Assembly (NCBI RefSeq): GCF_001194135.2
Contig: NC_068983.1
Location: 60,576,386 to 60,640,385 of the forward strand
DNA length: 64,000 nt
Direction of reading: 5' to 3'
DNA from: Octopus bimaculoides
Lineage: Eukaryota
In this document: in pieces, positions 51,601 through 61,560 of the stretch
Position numbering within the stretch: the stretch's first letter is position 1
Layout of the letters: each line of letters opens with the position of its first letter
The notes under the pieces: model-generated
Told to the model about the DNA's origin: nothing
Seen by the model: the letters and a program-made list of their open reading frames with translations, nothing else
Database searches by the model: none
Program-made: the position numbers and the translations under genes

Positions 51601-54046
51601 ATTAAATAATGATGATGATAATGCTTGTAATAAAACTTTAAAGCAATGAATGTCCCCATAACTATTATCTCCTTTAAGAACTGGTTTCCATTACAATGTC
51701 TATTCACCATTCTTCAAGGTAATCTAAAAAATACTATTATCAGATAACGACAAACAGCCACATTCTCAAGCAGAATATGCAATATGCTCATAAGAATAAA
51801 AATATATAAATTAACATACATCTTCATCCGATGCAGGATCCAGGTCCACATCTGATCTTGAAGGTTGCTTCTTCTTGTTCCTGTTGAAAGAAAATTATTT
51901 AAACAAATTATATCACACTTGTCTGTAAAATAAATCCTTATCAATATGATGTTAAGTTTCAGCAGAAAATATTTATCTAGTTATATATTTGGTTAATCTT
52001 AGGTTTATCTACAGTTGTTTAATAATATATTAATGCATCAATATGCATGGACAGTTAATATATTGATTTTGTAGATTGCTGTAAAAGCACCCACTACACT
52101 CTCGGAGTGGTTGGCATTAGGAAGGGCATCCAGCTGTAGAAACTCTGCCAAATCAGATTGGAGCCTGGGGTAGCTATTTGGTTCGTCAATCCTCAGTCAA
52201 ATCGTCCAACCCATGCTAGCATGGAAAGCAGACGTTAAACGACGATGATGATGATGATGATGTATATTAAGTATCTCAGGCCACCTTCGGTCATGCCTGA
52301 CCATGGGTATCATGTCTATCCATTTATTGTCTAGGTTGGTCTGATTGGCTTGAGCAGCGCCTCCTGTAGCTATGGAGACCAATGTGAGAATGACAGTCTC
52401 AGTCGCATCTGTGTGTAGATTCTGGTCTGTCGGCTGTCGATCCCTTATGTCAGGCTCGCTTTTCTGCAGCTGACAGCTTCTCTTCACCGATCCGTAGCTG
52501 TTTGAGAAGTGTGCTTTTCCACCTGGTGCGGTCAACTGCCAGGTCCTCCCAGGAGTTGATGTCAATGTTGAGCACCTTCATGTTCCTCTTGCACACGCCC
52601 TTGTACTTCAGCTGCGGGTGGCCCTTGTTCCTCTGTCCTGCTGCGAGTTCTCAGTAGAGAATGTCTTAAGATTCAGCTGTTGTCCATACGGCAAACATGG
52701 CCTAGCCAGCGTAGTCAACGTTGTCTCAGCAAGGTGTACATGGGAGGTCAGCACTAGTCAGGACATCGGTGTTGGTCACCTTGGCCTGTATAATGACCTT
52801 ATATATATATATATATATATGTATACACAGGGTCGGCCTTAGGAGGTGTGGGGCCCAATTGGTAACAATTTTGGTGAGCCTCAGGTTCCCAGTCAACTTG
52901 CACCAAGGTCTAAAGAATCATAAAAATATAAAAATCCAGCCATTGAAACTATGCTACCATGCAGTGCTATGTAAAAGCATTCAGTCCATGCTGTAAAGTG
53001 GTGGTGTTAAGAAAGACATCCAGTTACAAAAAACATGCCAAACCAGACAGGTATCAGACGTAGCCCCTGGCTTATTGGCCCCTGTCAAACTGTCCAACCC
53101 ATGCCAGCATGGAAAATGGATGTTAAATGATGATGATGATGACCTCCTTTAGTTGCTGAGAATCTAAGTAATCCTCCCCTGACCAGGCTTCCATTCAATG
53201 CAGAGTGAACTCTGTTGCTTCTACTGCTTATATAACACTAGTAAGCTGTGTATCACCACAGTACAAGTACAATTAACTCTCACACAGTGTCTCCCTTGGA
53301 AATCTCCCACTAAACACTTTCCTAATCTTTTATGCTTGGAAATAAACTACTCCATAACATCTCTGGAGGCACCCAATGGAGCTTTCCAGTTTGGGGGAGC
53401 CCACAGTGGCTCTTGACAATGCTCACCTCCTCAAACTGAAATTAAAATGATTCCCTGAGATTTATTAACTTTTAACATCTTGTTGAAAATTTTAAAGTTA
53501 AAAACCTCAATCCTGTAATGATTTTCTTCCAGAACAGAGATGTGTGGATGTTAATAAGTTGTTGCATGAGAAGTTGACTGAACTGCACAAAATAGAAGTC
53601 TTTTACAATGAATCATTTTTTATGGCAATACAAATACAAAAAATAAAATACATAAATTATTAAGAAGCACTGGTGCTGGTTCCACATAAAAAGTACTGGA
53701 GATGGTGTCACCTAAAAAGCACAAGTGTTGGTGCCATGAAAAAAGCACCCAGTACTCTCTGTGAAGTGGTTGATATTCGGAAGGACATCCAGATGTAGAA
53801 ACCAAGCCAAAACAAACTATGGAACCTGGTGCAGCTCCTGGTCTTGCCAGTTCCTGTCAAGCCGTCAACCCATGCCAGTATGGAAAAGGGGCGTTAAATG
53901 ATGATGAAATTCTTAGCTTGAAAGCAAATATTCTTTCTACAGAAAGAGGTAAATCAGTTAAGGAACACTAACTCATGCACTGAACCAAAAACACACAGGA
54001 AGAAATAAAGCTTTTCAAGCAAAACTTACCTTGAACGAGATTTCAT
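25266..54046 (-). CDS. SF3B2: Splicing factor 3B subunit 2 (SAP145), spliced CDS of 21 coding exons
   Basis: Hand-spliced translation gives SF3B2 hallmarks: KLPQALEKIL, APKLSKKKLKK, RPDVVEMHDATAQDPRLLVQLKATRNTVPVPRHWCF (DUF382), PPPWLIAMQRYGPPPSYPNLKIPGLNAPIP (PSP), and the C-terminus KKYKEFKF*. All introns are GT-AG with matching phases. Part of exon c5 lies in an N-gap. Confidence 0.97.
26142..26342 (-). CDS. SF3B2: SF3B2 exon c20 (VTGMPTQK...EDLTDMVAEHAAKQR)
   Basis: Matches human VEVALAPEEL...DMVAEHAAKQ. Confidence 0.96.
26770..27324. mobile_element. Second TTAA MITE family, interrupted by a SINE; related copies near 39435-39655 and 12475-12535
   Basis: tagcatttaaaccagc...tctgaatgctaaagagTTAA. 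Confidence 0.65.
26961..27274 (-). mobile_element. tRNA-derived SINE family B; other copies at 9848-10140 - and about 59610-59830 -
   Basis: gagttcgatacc B box, gcaagacactttatttcac core, 9-bp TSD attaaataa at 26952-26960 and 27275-27283. Confidence 0.82.
27373..27601. mobile_element. TTAA-flanked piggyBac-type MITE; related copies at 27618-27757 (internally deleted), 48097-48326 (inverted) and 50418-50487 (partial)
   Basis: TTAA-(c/t)cctttcgttac ... gtaacgaaaggg-TTAA type termini; shared body sequence. Confidence 0.85.
27812..28010 (-). CDS. SF3B2: SF3B2 exon c19 (LVTPSGITSVPMGVETPDMIELRKK...HIYDMSA)
   Basis: SAP145 C-terminal domain; phase 2 to 0. Confidence 0.96.
28906..29042 (-). CDS. 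SF3B2: SF3B2 exon c18 (TIVSEEEIDKTHWGELE...LITPGAEG)
   Basis: WGELE motif followed by an acidic tract; phase 0 to 2. Confidence 0.95.
31090..31197 (-). CDS. SF3B2: SF3B2 exon c17 (SCSFGYHAGGWGKPPVDESGKPLYGDVFGTQSGEFQ)
   Basis: Near-identical to human; GT-AG. Confidence 0.97.
32270..32421 (+). mobile_element. Partial second copy of the same Helitron, 3' hairpin deleted
   Basis: Reverse complement of about 45613-45775; ends tgtattgCTAG|T. Confidence 0.65.
33292..33399 (-). CDS. SF3B2: SF3B2 exon c16 (NSEKVPPPWLIAMQRYGPPPSYPNLKIPGLNAPIPE)
   Basis: PSP domain signature. Confidence 0.97.
34708..34797 (-). CDS. SF3B2: SF3B2 exon c15 (GKEFETRLKEKKPGNLSDELRTALGMPVGP)
   Basis: Start of the PSP domain; GT-AG. 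Confidence 0.97.
35455..35697 (+). mobile_element. RTE RT core fragment
   Basis: VHQGSVLS...GCPWELLYADN...ELEKKFTVWEQNLESKSLKVNLA (degenerate YADD motif). Confidence 0.85.
35984..36133 (-). CDS. SF3B2: SF3B2 exon c14 (EDQKTLKAKMREKVRPK...HGDLYYE)
   Basis: DUF382 C-terminal half, near-identical to human. Confidence 0.97.
36555..36725. repeat. Minisatellite, about 6.5 x 26 bp
   Basis: Unit caccactgctttttatgtggtaccat. Confidence 0.92.
36751..36903 (-). CDS. SF3B2: SF3B2 exon c13 (ATRNTVPVPRHWCFKSKYLQGKRGIEKPPFELPDFIK...ALAEK)
   Basis: DUF382 core; GT-AG, phase 0 to 0. Confidence 0.97.
37114..37188 (-). CDS. SF3B2: SF3B2 exon c12 (LVSRPDVVEMHDATAQDPRLLVQLK)
   Basis: DUF382 start; GT-AG, phase 0 to 0. 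Confidence 0.96.
37769..37855 (-). CDS. SF3B2: SF3B2 exon c11 (DLVADDEAPKLSKKKLKKLTRLSIAQLKQ)
   Basis: Matches human APKLSKKKLRRMNRFTVAELKQ. Confidence 0.95.
38128..38444. repeat. Minisatellite, 6 x 52 bp
   Basis: aataccacat recurs at 38141, 38193, 38245, 38297, 38349 and 38401. Confidence 0.95.
39226..39342 (-). CDS. SF3B2: SF3B2 exon c10 (IADPEKPKDFQ...LIIDDDE)
   Basis: GT-AG, donor GTGAGT, 117 nt, phase 0 to 0. Confidence 0.9.
40377..40455 (-). CDS. SF3B2: SF3B2 exon c9 (YVQEQLDIGHFDVNYHVFAKIFENFK)
   Basis: Matches human EYVTEE...FKRIFEAFK; phase 2 to 0. Not in the ORF track. Confidence 0.92.
41722..41849 (-). CDS. SF3B2: SF3B2 exon c8 (NRTRKKKKKKNKKKH...RSVEIE)
   Basis: Basic cluster as in human NRKRRNRKKKKK, ending VEIE; donor GTAAGT, phase 0 to 2. 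Confidence 0.92.
43647..43789 (-). CDS. SF3B2: SF3B2 exon c7 (acidic: EAPENQVRIADADDEDDEE...EKAKE)
   Basis: Acceptor ctttattttcag, donor GTTAGT, phase 1 to 0. Confidence 0.88.
43925..44490 (+). mobile_element. RTE 3' end with (GAT)n tail
   Basis: GRPRKTWDEVVKHDL*TLGLTEAMTKDR, followed by the shared 3' UTR. Confidence 0.85.
44765..44882 (-). CDS. SF3B2: SF3B2 exon c6 (TSERQQKEIKLPQALEKILAFMDVRAQE...)
   Basis: Matches human PKIPQALEKIL; GT-AG, phase 0 to 1. Confidence 0.92.
45613..45865 (-). mobile_element. 253-bp non-autonomous Helitron in an SF3B2 intron
   Basis: A|TCTTAATATATAAAA start, hairpin CTGGCAATGCCAG, CTAG|T end. Confidence 0.7.
46725..46915. repeat. Minisatellite, about 4.5 x 41 bp
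   Basis: gcccaaca recurs at 46771, 46812, 46853 and 46894. Confidence 0.92.
46939..47545 (-). CDS. SF3B2: SF3B2 exon c5 (poly-Pro region; interior hidden in N-gap 46969-47338)
   Basis: Acceptor ttttgtctcttgcag, then AQMMPIPPPPPP. After the gap TTTAIDSKSQ|GTAAGT, phase 0. The stated gap length is out of frame, so it is an estimate or hides an intron. Confidence 0.8.
47868..48000 (-). CDS. SF3B2: SF3B2 exon c4 (MILDQHQADEAEMMRQQQ...HQMQS)
   Basis: Acceptor ttttgtttcccaacag, weaker donor CAG|GTGACC, phase 0 to 1. Confidence 0.8.
49235..49543 (-). CDS. SF3B2: SF3B2 exon c3 (Q/A/P-rich: AGPSEMDEELQQKVVLQQQ...KQQR)
   Basis: Acceptor (t)ncttcag, donor GTAACT, 309 nt, phase 0 to 0. Confidence 0.85.
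50911..51293 (+). mobile_element. tRNA-derived SINE family A with an internal (TA/TG)n; other copies at 4814-5202 -, 8460-8835 +, 10150-10535 -, 11345-12115 -, 21531-21916 -, 54270-54590 +
   Basis: gagtggctgtgtggtaag (A box)...gggttcagtccc (B box)...gactgaaacaagtaaaagag tail. Confidence 0.88.
51820..51880 (-). CDS. SF3B2: SF3B2 exon c2 (RNKKKQPSRSDVDLDPASDED)
   Basis: Acceptor ttttctttcaacag, donor GTATGT, phase 2 to 0, in frame with c1 and c3. Confidence 0.7.
52275..52790 (-). mobile_element. Degenerate 3' fragment of a second, BovB-like RTE family
   Basis: DILY*ELAAGQRNKGHPQLKYKGVCKRNMKVLNIDINSWEDLAVDRTRW... with a terminal Cys/His motif and several stops. Confidence 0.82.
54030..54046 (-). 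CDS. SF3B2: SF3B2 coding exon c1 (MKSRS); whole exon 54030-54090
   Basis: Acceptor ctttcag after a poly-T tract, ATG at 54046, donor AAG|GTAAGT, phase 2. Confidence 0.65.
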
Positions 54047-55572
54047 ATTTGTATTTCAAATTTGATCCTAGTTGACCAAAATGGACAATTCTGAAAGGTC
54101 AAAAAAAAAAAAAATTTTAATCAATAGTTTTAGAAAGATTTTAGTTTCATGTACCATACCTATTCCTCTCATTCCTTTGTGCTCTGAATTCTAATCTAAT
54201 CTAATCAACCTAGCATTTAATCTTTTCAGATTCAATAAAAAAAATAAACACTTATATCGAAATGGGTAACCACATGACTCCAGGTTCAATCCTATTGCGT
54301 GGCACCTTGAGCCAGTATCTTCTATTATGGCATCGAGTCGACCAAAATCTTGTGAGTGATTTTGTTATACGAAAACAGAAACAAGCCCATCACACATAAG
54401 TGTGTCCCCTATTACCGCTTGACAACTGGTGTCGGTGCGTTTACATTCCCGTAACATAGCTGTTCGGCAAAAGACACTAACAGAATAAGTACCAGGCTTA
54501 AGTACTGGAGTCGATTCATTCGACTAAAAATTCTTCAAGGTGGTATTCCAGCATGGCCGCAGTCTAATGGCGAAAGCAAGTAAAAGAAAGAAAGATGGGA
54601 TGAAGAAAGCAAGGCAATTACCGCAAAACAAAATCCTCCAGAATGCGAAGATAGTGAAAGAGAATGACAAGATAGGAGAAAATGTTGTCAGTGGTGGAAC
54701 TCTATAACACCATTATTTCTGCTGGTTTTTAAGCACAATTGGATCTGAAAATTAGAAAGTTTGTTGTTTATGTAATGTTGCTTATAATTAGACACTTCTA
54801 AGTTATCTAAATACACATCTCTCTCTCCTCGCAATACACGTTTTTAAGATTACATTAATTTGCCTCCCTCAAGTAAACAATATTCCGCTTTCATTTCGTT
54901 TCAGTAATCTAAATCATGTTTTTATACATGCCCCATTTCTTCGAAATTCACCAGATTCACTGATAAAAAATAATTAAAATAAATAATGAACATGATTTAA
55001 CAGCAGATCAAAATAATTAAAATAAGCATAATAAGCATGAGTTAACAATAACAGATAGCGATATAGGTGAAAGTGTGGTCAGTTTGTGATGTATTCACAC
55101 CGATGTGTGGCTAAAGGGATAATGTGGGTATAAAAAATAATAATAATGAATGTTTAAAGAGGGAAAGAGACGGTGATTGTACCGTAAGATCACCAAAGAG
55201 ACAAAAAGAAAAAATGAGGGAAGGACTGTAAAATTTGGAAGTGTTTTATACCTATTAGAATATTTAAAACAACAAATTAGTAATTATGGCAATAATTATG
55301 TTAATTATAATTAGTAATTACATTAAGATTAAAAACAAGTGTAGTTTGGATTTGTTTCTATTATTTTCAAACATTTAACAGCGATAAAACAATATAAACG
55401 AACGATTTAAATGTGATCCGGAAGAGAAATAAATAAACTTTCCGAGTAAAATGTTTTCTAAACGAACAAAAAAAGTGTAAGAAATTGACCAAAGAAATTA
55501 ATTCAAAGTTAAATGAGGAGAGTGAAATAATATAGAGAAGCAATATAGAGTTGATGAAGGAGAGAAACTCAC

Positions 55573-55680
55573 CGAGGAATTAATTTAAAGTTTGATTTAG
55601 GGATCGAATAAACAAAACATAAAAATTCACAGAAAGAAATCCTGGGCCAACGCGGTCATTAACAGGAAGTTTTAGCGTAA
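55573..55680 (-). other. SF3B2: Probable non-coding first exon of SF3B2 (5' end approximate)
   Basis: Consensus donor TCG|GTGAGT after 55573. Locally CpG-containing region with an ETS-like CAGGAAGT at 55663-55670. The TSS cannot be determined from sequence. Confidence 0.55.
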
Positions 55681-56310
55681 ACTGGATTATAAGGTCGTAA
55701 TAATGTCAATTATTTCATTTTATACAAAAGTTTGTAAATCGTTCAATGTTTCTAACTTTAATTCTAAAAATTATAACTATAAAATGATAACATTCGTTTT
55801 GTTATATAATTCAAAATTATATATATGCAAATATCGACTGCATGAAGGAATATTCTTATTTAATAAAAATATACGTTATATATTTCCTAAAACCAAAATC
55901 TTGTAAATTTCTTACGTTTATAAGGCCTTTATCCGAAAGAAGTCCAAAGTGCAACAAATATTCCTTAATTATTGACAAAATATCTAAATAACGACAGTAA
56001 TTAAAGATCGTGCCGTAAATGATAATTTAAGACCAAAGGAGTTATCTCCCTTCTTCATTGGTTACTCTTAGGTCAACATTCCCAAAGCTTCGAATTGAGA
56101 GCCTTCAAACCCAGACTATGTGTTTTGTATGCATGTCATTGCATTATCCGATGTATCTCTTCTTTGTTCAAGATTATAAACTGTGATTTGAGGGTCATCG
56201 TTTTTTTTTCATTGTTGTTTACTGCCAGGCCATCTCTGATCTGGTTGGCTTTTGATCAAAGCAATTCAACTGTCATTCCCACCACCACGTCATTCTTTTT
56301 GGTTTTTAAG

Positions 56311-57505
56311 AGTTAACCTAGTAAGTAGGAAAGCAGATAAATCACAAATCCCCTCAGGTAGATGGCCCTGCTCACTATGCAGAAAAGGAGTAGGTAGTAA
56401 CTCTATAAGATGTACCCGGTGCAAGCTATGGACACATAAGAGGTGCAGCAATATCAAAGGCAGATTAACTACGAAGTTAGTTTTTGTATGTGGCAGATGT
56501 TCAGGTGCAATAAACACTGTAAACAAACAGGAAACAACTTCTATCTCATTCCAGGGAGAAAAACTAGAGGTAGTCAATAGCTTCCGCTATCTGGGTGACC
56601 AAGTTAGTAGTGGGGGTGGGTGCGCTGAAAGTGTAGCTGCTAGAATAAGAATAGCCTGGGCAAAGTTTAGAGAGCTCTTACCTCTGCTGGCGACAAAGGG
56701 ACTCTCACTCAGAGTNNNNNNNNNNNNNNNNNNNNNNNNNNNNNNNNNNNNNNNNNNNNNNNNNNNNNNNNNNNNNNNNNNNNNNNNNNNNNNNNNNNNN
56801 NNNNNNNNNNNNNNNNNNNNNNNNNNNNNNNNNNNNNGTGGTGTGCAAGAGAGACGATTGCGCTGGTTTGGACATGTGGTGAGAATGAATGAGGATAGCT
56901 GCGTGAAAAAGTGCCACACCCTAACAGTTGAGGGAACCTGTGGAAGAGGTAGGCCCAGGAAGACCTGGGCTGAGGTGGTGAGGCAAGACCTTCGAACATT
57001 GGGCCTCACCGAGGCGATGACTACTGACCGAGACCTTTGGAAATGTGCTGTGCGTGAGAAGACCAGGCAAGCCAAGTGGGATCGTTGCCAGTGCCATCTT
57101 GAGCGTGACCGTTGCCAGTACCACCTGACTGGCCTTTGTAGGGTTTTCGAGCGAGATCGTTGCCAGTGCCCCTGGACTGGCTCTTGTGCGGGTGGCACAT
57201 AAAAGACACCATTTCGAGCGTGGCCGTTTTCGTGTGGGTGACATGTAAAAGCACCCACTACACTCTCTGAGTGGTTGGCGTTAGGAAGGGCATCCAGNNN
57301 NNNNNNNTGGCCGTTTTCGTGTGGGTGACATGTAAAAGCACCCACTACACTCTCTGAGTGGTTGGCGTTAGGAAGGGCATCCAGCTGTAGAAATTCTGCC
57401 AAATTAGATTGGAGCCTGGTGTTGCCATCAGGTTTCACCAGTCCTCAGTCAAATCGTCCAACCCATGCTAGCATGGAAAGCGGACGTTAAACGATGATGA
57501 TGATG
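56311..57505 (+). mobile_element. 5'-truncated young RTE-clade LINE (RT C-terminal half, PHD-type finger, 3' UTR, (GAT)n tail)
   Basis: LRVNL...EVVNSFRYLG...RIRIAWAKFRELLPLL...ERRLRWFGHVVRM...GRGRPRKTW; no stops on either side of N-gap 56716-56837. Confidence 0.93.
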
Positions 57506-58069
57506 ACACATTTGTATGCATTAAAAAATTCACTACATGACATTACCAACTTGCTTTGAGTTGCTGAAGGAGCAAATAAACAAGGGAAATACTGAGTCAA
57601 TATGATGAGGTAGAACCAAGCATGTCTTGTGTCTGTATGTGCATTGGTCATTCGGTGGTGTCTGTTTATGTTCTGCTACTGTGTTGGGTCGTTCATGCTG
57701 AATATGTGGTTCTATGTTGGCTGCTTGACTGGTGCAAGTTACTTGATAATTCGCCTGGTGATGGCTATCTCCACCATCCCTTGACAGATTGCTGTATTTA
57801 TAATGGTCATGATAGCTAGAAGGATAGACATACCAAGGAGTAATTTCTACCTATGTAAGTTGCCTCCTGTCCACTTGAACCTTAAATGACATGGCTCAGG
57901 TTGTAGGTCAAAGGGAAATCCATCCATTACTTTTTGACAGGACAAAGAAATTTCTTTCATGCCTGTTTGGCCAGTGGTGGATCAGATGAGCAAGAATCCT
58001 TAGATTTGGTTTCGAATCTCAGCTCAGAAAAAGGAAGTGTTAGTTTTTACACTAACCCACTTCTAACAC

Positions 58070-58620
58070 TGTTAATACTGTTCTGACCTCGTCTACAGAA
58101 TTCATATTTTTTCTGTCCAAGTGATTTTGAAGACTGTGGAATAAATGATAATCAGATGAGGCAATGTCTAGCAAATATGGTGGGTGGGGCATCGTTTCCC
58201 ATTCAAACTGCTCCAGCCTTTGGAATGTCATCCTTGCTGTATGTGGCTGAGTATTTTCCTGAAAGAACACCTTTCATCTTGAAACCAAAGATGGTCGTTT
58301 TCCTTTTAGCACTGGTGTCAATGAATGGTTGAATGACCAAATTGAAGCTTTTCTGCTTGGTCCTCAACAGTTACAATGGGATTTTGTTCCACCAGGATTT
58401 GCAGGACATCCTTGTCAAGCTCTACAAATCTTTCAGAACAAGGCACATCTTCTAGGCTGTAGTTTCAGGCTTGGAATTTTTGGAACCACTGTTGACACTG
58501 GCTTATGCTTATTGTCTGATCCCCATGTACTGCATTAATATACCTCACACTTTCTGTTGTGTTGTTGCCTTTATTGAACTCATAAAGCAAATTATGCTGA
58601 ATAAGCTCCTCTGTCACTTA
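58070..58620 (-). mobile_element. Internally deleted mariner transposase remnant
   Basis: N-terminal LLYEFNKGNN...QCQQWFQKF..NYSLED fused to catalytic FQENTQPHTA...WETMPHPPYLLDIASSDYHLF (degenerate YSPDLAPSD). Confidence 0.88.
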
Positions 58621-60069
58621 AAATCAAACTGCACTCTTCAAAACTTGTGCTAAGAATAAGGATAAGGTAAAATTGCTACCTGCTTTAATAGCAAGTTGAT
58701 GCAAGTAGTTTATCCTGTTCCCCTCCAACTTTTAGTTCATACAATTGAAAAACCCGTATTATTTATGGGATGACCCAATATTTTTGTTATGGTAGGGTGT
58801 TACACTGAAGCTTCACAAACTCTAGCTGTAATTCTTCTGAAACAGAAGCAACAGAAGCAAGGGCGGTGGAGAAGCAAAATGCATGAATTCCTTTTTTAAT
58901 GTCAAAAAATATTACTGCATGCAGATCTAAAATTAGAACTTCATATTCTGAGCAATGTGCATCAGTCTTTTCTAGAAGTCCGTCAGATCAGAGGGGAATG
59001 AAAGATTGAATATCAAAATGGGAACACTAAGTTCAGGGACTTCATTTTCTTTTTTAACCAAGAACAACCTGATTTCTTCTGACAAAGCAAAATCCTTTAC
59101 AGAACACTTCTTTTCTTTCCAGGAGTCGGTTGAGTTTCCATTTAACACCCTAGCACCAGGGCTGAATTAATACCCTTAAAAAATTTTGGTCCGCTCATAT
59201 ATAATTCAAAATATCAACAATAAGAATTGGAATTGTATGCCAAACATATCTCTTGTTTTTGTTTTGTACAAATCTTGAAAAGGGAATCAAACCATCAGGT
59301 AATAGATGTTCTTAAAGAATTCTTCATTTGGGTTGTCGTTTTAAGGAGGTTTGCTTCCATATGAATATGAGTGTATGCATACACACATGTATTTCCATCA
59401 TCATCATTTAACATCTATCTTCCATGCTGGCAGGGTTGGATGGCTTGACAGGAGCTCGCAAGCCAGACAACTGCACCGAGCTCCATTGTCTGTTTAGGAA
59501 TGGTGTTTACAGCTGGATACCCTTCCTGACACTAACCATACTACAGAGTGGACTGGGTGCTTTTTACATGGCAAGGTCTGCTAATTACTGATCCAATTGT
59601 CCAATCTACTCCTTGAATAAGCACAAAGGTGGCTGAGTACTCTACAGGCATGTCTACCCAAGGTACAATTTTTCAGTGAGAACCAGCTTGACAGTATGAG
59701 CAAGGCTGGACCTTTGAACAGGGCATCAAGCAGTTTCCTTTTCACTCAATTTCATTAACAAGGTTTGAGTTGACCCAAGGCAAAAAGACACAGCCTCAAG
59801 ATATCACACAGTTCAAACCAGGGAACTCATGATTTTATATCTCTTACAATAAAGAACACTGAAATCTGTTTGAGATTTTTTATTAAAAAATATGTTTATT
59901 CTTATCATAAATAAAAAAAATGTCCTTACTGAAAATGACAAAACATTGGGACACTTTGGAGATTATTGTTCTTGGACTGGTGTGATAGTAGTAGCTGTGA
60001 AAATGCTAGCTGGTCAATATGTGTTGCTGTCCCCATCTGTCTGTTGTTTTGTGTTGTCATAGCACTCTG

Positions 60070-60306
60070 GTCAGTTGTTCCTTCAGCTGCTCTCTTCCGT
60101 GTCTGGTCTCATGTTTTATGTCCTCCTTCTGTTGTTAGTGGCTAAGATCCCATTAGTTGCTTCTGCTGTTCTCTTCTGCGTCTAGTCTCATGTCCTCCTT
60201 CTGTTATCAGTGGCTAAGATCCCATTGGTTGCTTCAGCTTCTCTCTTCTGGGTCTGGTCTCATGCCTCATGTCCTCCTCCTGTTGTCAGTGGCTAAGATC
60301 CCATTG
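60070..60306. repeat. Tandem repeat, 3 x 72-79 bp
   Basis: gtggctaagatcccatt at 60138, 60210 and 60289. Confidence 0.88.
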
Positions 60307-60999
60307 GGTTCACCACTTGTTACAAAGAAATGTCTTTTGGTGTCTCTCCTTTGCCATCTGTTCATTACGTTTGTGCTGTTCCAGTGCCTGAGTCAGGTAC
60401 CACTCATCATCTGTTGTCTGTGGGGTTAGCTGTGCTGAATATATATAGTGTAGTTTGGCTCAGAAAGAAGCACACCCAGATTTTTGTAATGATGCGTCTG
60501 ATGAAAAATTCAGAGGTACACCAACCACAGTGACATAAAAATCCATCCTTCCATCCATATCAAAATGTGCCCCAACACAAGATACTCCACCTGCAAATAT
60601 GCCTGCCTTTTCCCATCATATTCTTGTACCTTTCATTCTCCACCTATTGTGGGTCTTCTGGTGCCTTGCTCACCCTGTTACCCCACACCTCAAAAAACAC
60701 CTCAATTTTATGCTACCTCCTCTCTTCAGAGTTCCTACAATAGATTACACAGAATTAGGTTTATAAGTCTGAAGACTTCACTCTATCACTGCCCACAGGC
60801 ATAGTATAGTAAGTAAAGATATTGGTTAATGCAGTGCACTAAGAGGTTCTGAGTTCAATCCCAGACAAGGCCGTGAGGTAATTTGCAAAAAAAAAATCAA
60901 CAGAAGCAAAAGTGTCACAAAATGAAAACTGTACCCCTGAGGATCAAATAAAGGATTAGGTTTGAAATTCTGAAGCCTGCTAGCCACCGGATCATTTAT

Positions 61000-61560
61000 C
61001 AGGTGAAGAATGTTGCCTTCAGACTTAGTGGGGGCTAGAAGGACCCAGAGACACAAACTCATACAGAAAAGGAAGTTATGGAAGCTGAAGGATCCTTCGA
61101 ATGGTGAGAGATGTAGAATTGTTCAAAATGAAGCATTTGGTGAGGAGGAAGAAATAGAGAAATATGAGGTAGAGGGCAACTGTAAGTTCTTAGGGAATAA
61201 CTTACACTGAAGTTGACAAACCAAATCTGTGGTTGGAGCAAAGCATGGTGTTGGTGGAATGGCGAGGGTGACAGGGTCAGAAATGAGAAGACACTGGTTT
61301 GGAAAGAATGGAAAAGCAGGGTTAGTGAAGAACTATATCAGGTAGCTAAAAGGGAAGCAGAAAGGAAGGGGTTTGCCACTGTCATACACTGCAAGGTGTT
61401 CCAGCATGCTTGGCTGTGTATCAAAGAGAATCAGGATGTTGTGGAAGAGAAGTATGTATGGACGGAAATGCTATGCTTGCACTTAGTGATTCTGAAAAGA
61501 AAGAGGTGTAGAACTCCCAGTTGCCCTCTACTATCACCGAGATGCTTAAAATATCTGATG
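61000..61560 (+). mobile_element. RTE endonuclease-RT linker fragment
   Basis: TNQICGW...WWNGEGDRVRNEKTLVWKEWKS...ELYQVAKREA...ENQDVVEEKYV. Confidence 0.75.

Noticed and set aside
56311-56320. Apparent 10-nt microexon (taag|agttaaccta|gtaagt)
   Set aside because: The donor-like GTAAGT appears to result from a small deletion in an RT motif of the LINE, and nothing indicates it is used.
57217-57390. Duplicated RTE 3' UTR segment around a 10-N gap
   Set aside because: Same contig-overlap artifact, not a real tandem duplication.
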